Below, piece by piece: positions 53,153 to 55,020 of a stretch of DNA of 55,020 nucleotides. Source of the DNA: Octopus bimaculoides (lineage: Eukaryota). The position numbers and the translations under genes are program-made. How positions within the stretch are numbered: position 1 is the first letter of the stretch; each line of letters starts with the position of its first letter. Under the pieces are notes generated by a model, which did no database searches, was not told where the DNA came from, and worked only from the letters and a program-made list of their open reading frames with translations. The DNA lies in assembly GCF_001194135.2 (NCBI RefSeq), contig NC_068982.1, positions 165,026,327 to 165,081,346 on the forward strand, in the 5' to 3' direction.

Positions 53153-54409
53153 TTATGCTGGCAACTAAGTTCCCGCCGTTTTATAGAATTTAATTTTTTT
53201 TAAATGTTTAATAAAAAATAACAACTAATTAAACAATAATGTTTACAACTTCTTCCCAACGTTCAACAAAATTTTCAATACCTCGTTGGTGGAAATCACC
53301 CGATTTCGACTCGAAAATTTGATCTAACCAAGCTTTCTGCATCAGTATTGAACGAAACTCCGCGCATAGTATTTGAAAGAGATCGACAGAGGTGGAAATC
53401 CGTTGGTACCAAATCATGAGAGTACGGCGGGTGTGGCAGCACTTCCCAGCCATGCGTTTGAATGGCTTACTTGGTGATATTGGGGATATGAGGGCGGGCG
53501 TTGTCGTACAGTACAAGAACGCCATGCTGACGAATAGCAGTGTCGCATCGTTCCATCCGTTGAACATAGAGTTCCGCGTTGACCGTTTGGCTCCGTTCAA
53601 GCATTTCGTAATGGATAATTCCTTCCCAGTCCCACCATACGCACATCATCGTTTTACACGGATGAAGATCTTGTTTCACACGCGGAGTAGTTTGTTTACC
53701 GGGGCTAAGCCGTTCCTTACGCTGCTTCATATTGATGTACAGGTAACATTTTTCGTCGTCAGTAACGATTGGGTAAAGAAATCGTTGCTTGTGTCCATGA
53801 GTGTGAGCGGTGACGAGCAAACAAACCAGCGGAAATTGTGCCTCGTTTATTTTTGTCGTTGTCATTTAAAGCATGTGGAACCCATGCTCCATACTTCTGA
53901 ACCTTTCCCATCGAGTGAAGATGCTTCTCTATAACAGTGTGGGAACATTCCATTTTCTCTGCCCGTTCCCTTGTCGTTTGACGAGAACTTTGGTGCAAAA
54001 GTTGGTTTAATCACTCTTCATCGAACTCAACTGGACGGCCACAACGAGGTGCGTCTTTGAGGTCATAATTTTCATTTTGGAACTTGGCCTACCAATCACG
54101 AGCTGTTCTTTCAGTTATGGCACACTCTCCATACACAGCACAAATGTCGCGAGCATCTTTTACGGCCTTAGAACCATGATTAAAAGCAAAAAGGAGGTGT
54201 CGAAAATGCTGGTTTTCCTTAACTTGACATTCCATTTTAATGATCTGAAAATAAACAAAAATTAACTAAAATTAAGTAGAAAAAAACAGAAAATAGATTA
54301 AAAAATGATTCAAAAATAGAATTCTCGAAAAAAGTAGATTCCACAATTTAAAGGGGCAATAAATTCCAAAATTTAAAAAAAAACTGCGGTAACTTAGTTG
54401 TCAACCCAA
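53153..54409 (-). mobile_element. Full-length inactive mariner (DD34D) element, 1257 bp
   Basis: TIRs ttatgctggcaactaagttcccgccgtttt and aaaactgcggtaacttagttgtcaacccaa with TA flanks. Transposase pseudogene 54235 to 53229: MECQVKENQHFRH, WVPHAL, IVTDDEKC, LYDNARPH, DFHQRGIENFVERW. Confidence 0.95.
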
Positions 54410-55020
54410 TATATATATGCGTGAGTGTCTGTCTGTGTATGTATGTATGTATGTATGTATGTATTTATGTATTGTGATTTTTTATATACCGTTTAAGTTG
54501 CTTCGCTAAGTAGTAATGTGCTTGATTTGAATTTGTTTTGCTTTGTCTGTTGTTTTTGATTTTTGTATTTCAATCAAAAATTCCAATCATTGTGTCATCC
54601 AATATCTCCTCTTTCACATCCTTTTTCACTTCAATCAAACTTTTGTTTTTCATTACTGGTTAAAATATTTTACATGAATTCATGACAATTACTAAACAAA
54701 TTTCGTTTTCTGCGTTTGTGCGTGTTTGTGAATGTCTGTGTACTTGTGCTTGTGTACGTGTGTATATGCTTGCGCATGTGTATATTTTGTAATTAAGGTT
54801 ACTTAAGATTGCTATGAATGATGCATATTTACTGAAACACACACACCATATATAATATATTGTTCGTTCTTAAAATATTGGCTTCTAGTTATCAAAAAAA
54901 GGTATGTTGATAAGAGTTTGAAGAGTCGGTAATGCATCAATATTTACATATACATAGATATGTCTCTCTCTTTCTTGCCCTCTCTGTCTTTTTCTATCCG
55001 TCCCCTCATATGTATATATA

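Noticed and set aside
53392-53934. 180-aa plus-strand ORF
   Set aside because: Antisense shadow of the mariner transposase pseudogene.

Overview
AT-rich eukaryotic non-coding DNA (intergenic or large intron). The repeat repertoire points to a cephalopod mollusc, most likely Octopus; this is an inference from recalled repeat families. No host protein-coding gene could be supported. Nearly all long ORFs in the track are microsatellite or N-gap artefacts, or dead transposon frames. The window is a transposon graveyard with six microsatellite-flanked N gaps. It holds R4/Dong-type RLE retrotransposon fragments sitting in (TAA)n tracts, a CRE-clade RLE element, two CR1-like LINE fragments, an RTE-like fragment and a Penelope GIY-YIG fragment. 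DNA transposons include several Tc1/mariner lineages (two full-length mariners with TIRs and TA TSDs), a hAT MITE with a perfect 8-bp TSD and a 470-bp fold-back element. Three tRNA-derived SINE families are present, labelled A, B and C here. The best leads are: SINE-A shares its 3' stem-loop with the CR1-like LINE (candidate SINE/LINE partnership); Dong elements target (TAA)n; one Dong copy has an in-frame RT-less deletion; a SINE is nested in another SINE's microsatellite; and an exact 38-bp duplication looks like templated repair. TE end coordinates are approximate unless TIRs or TSDs are quoted.
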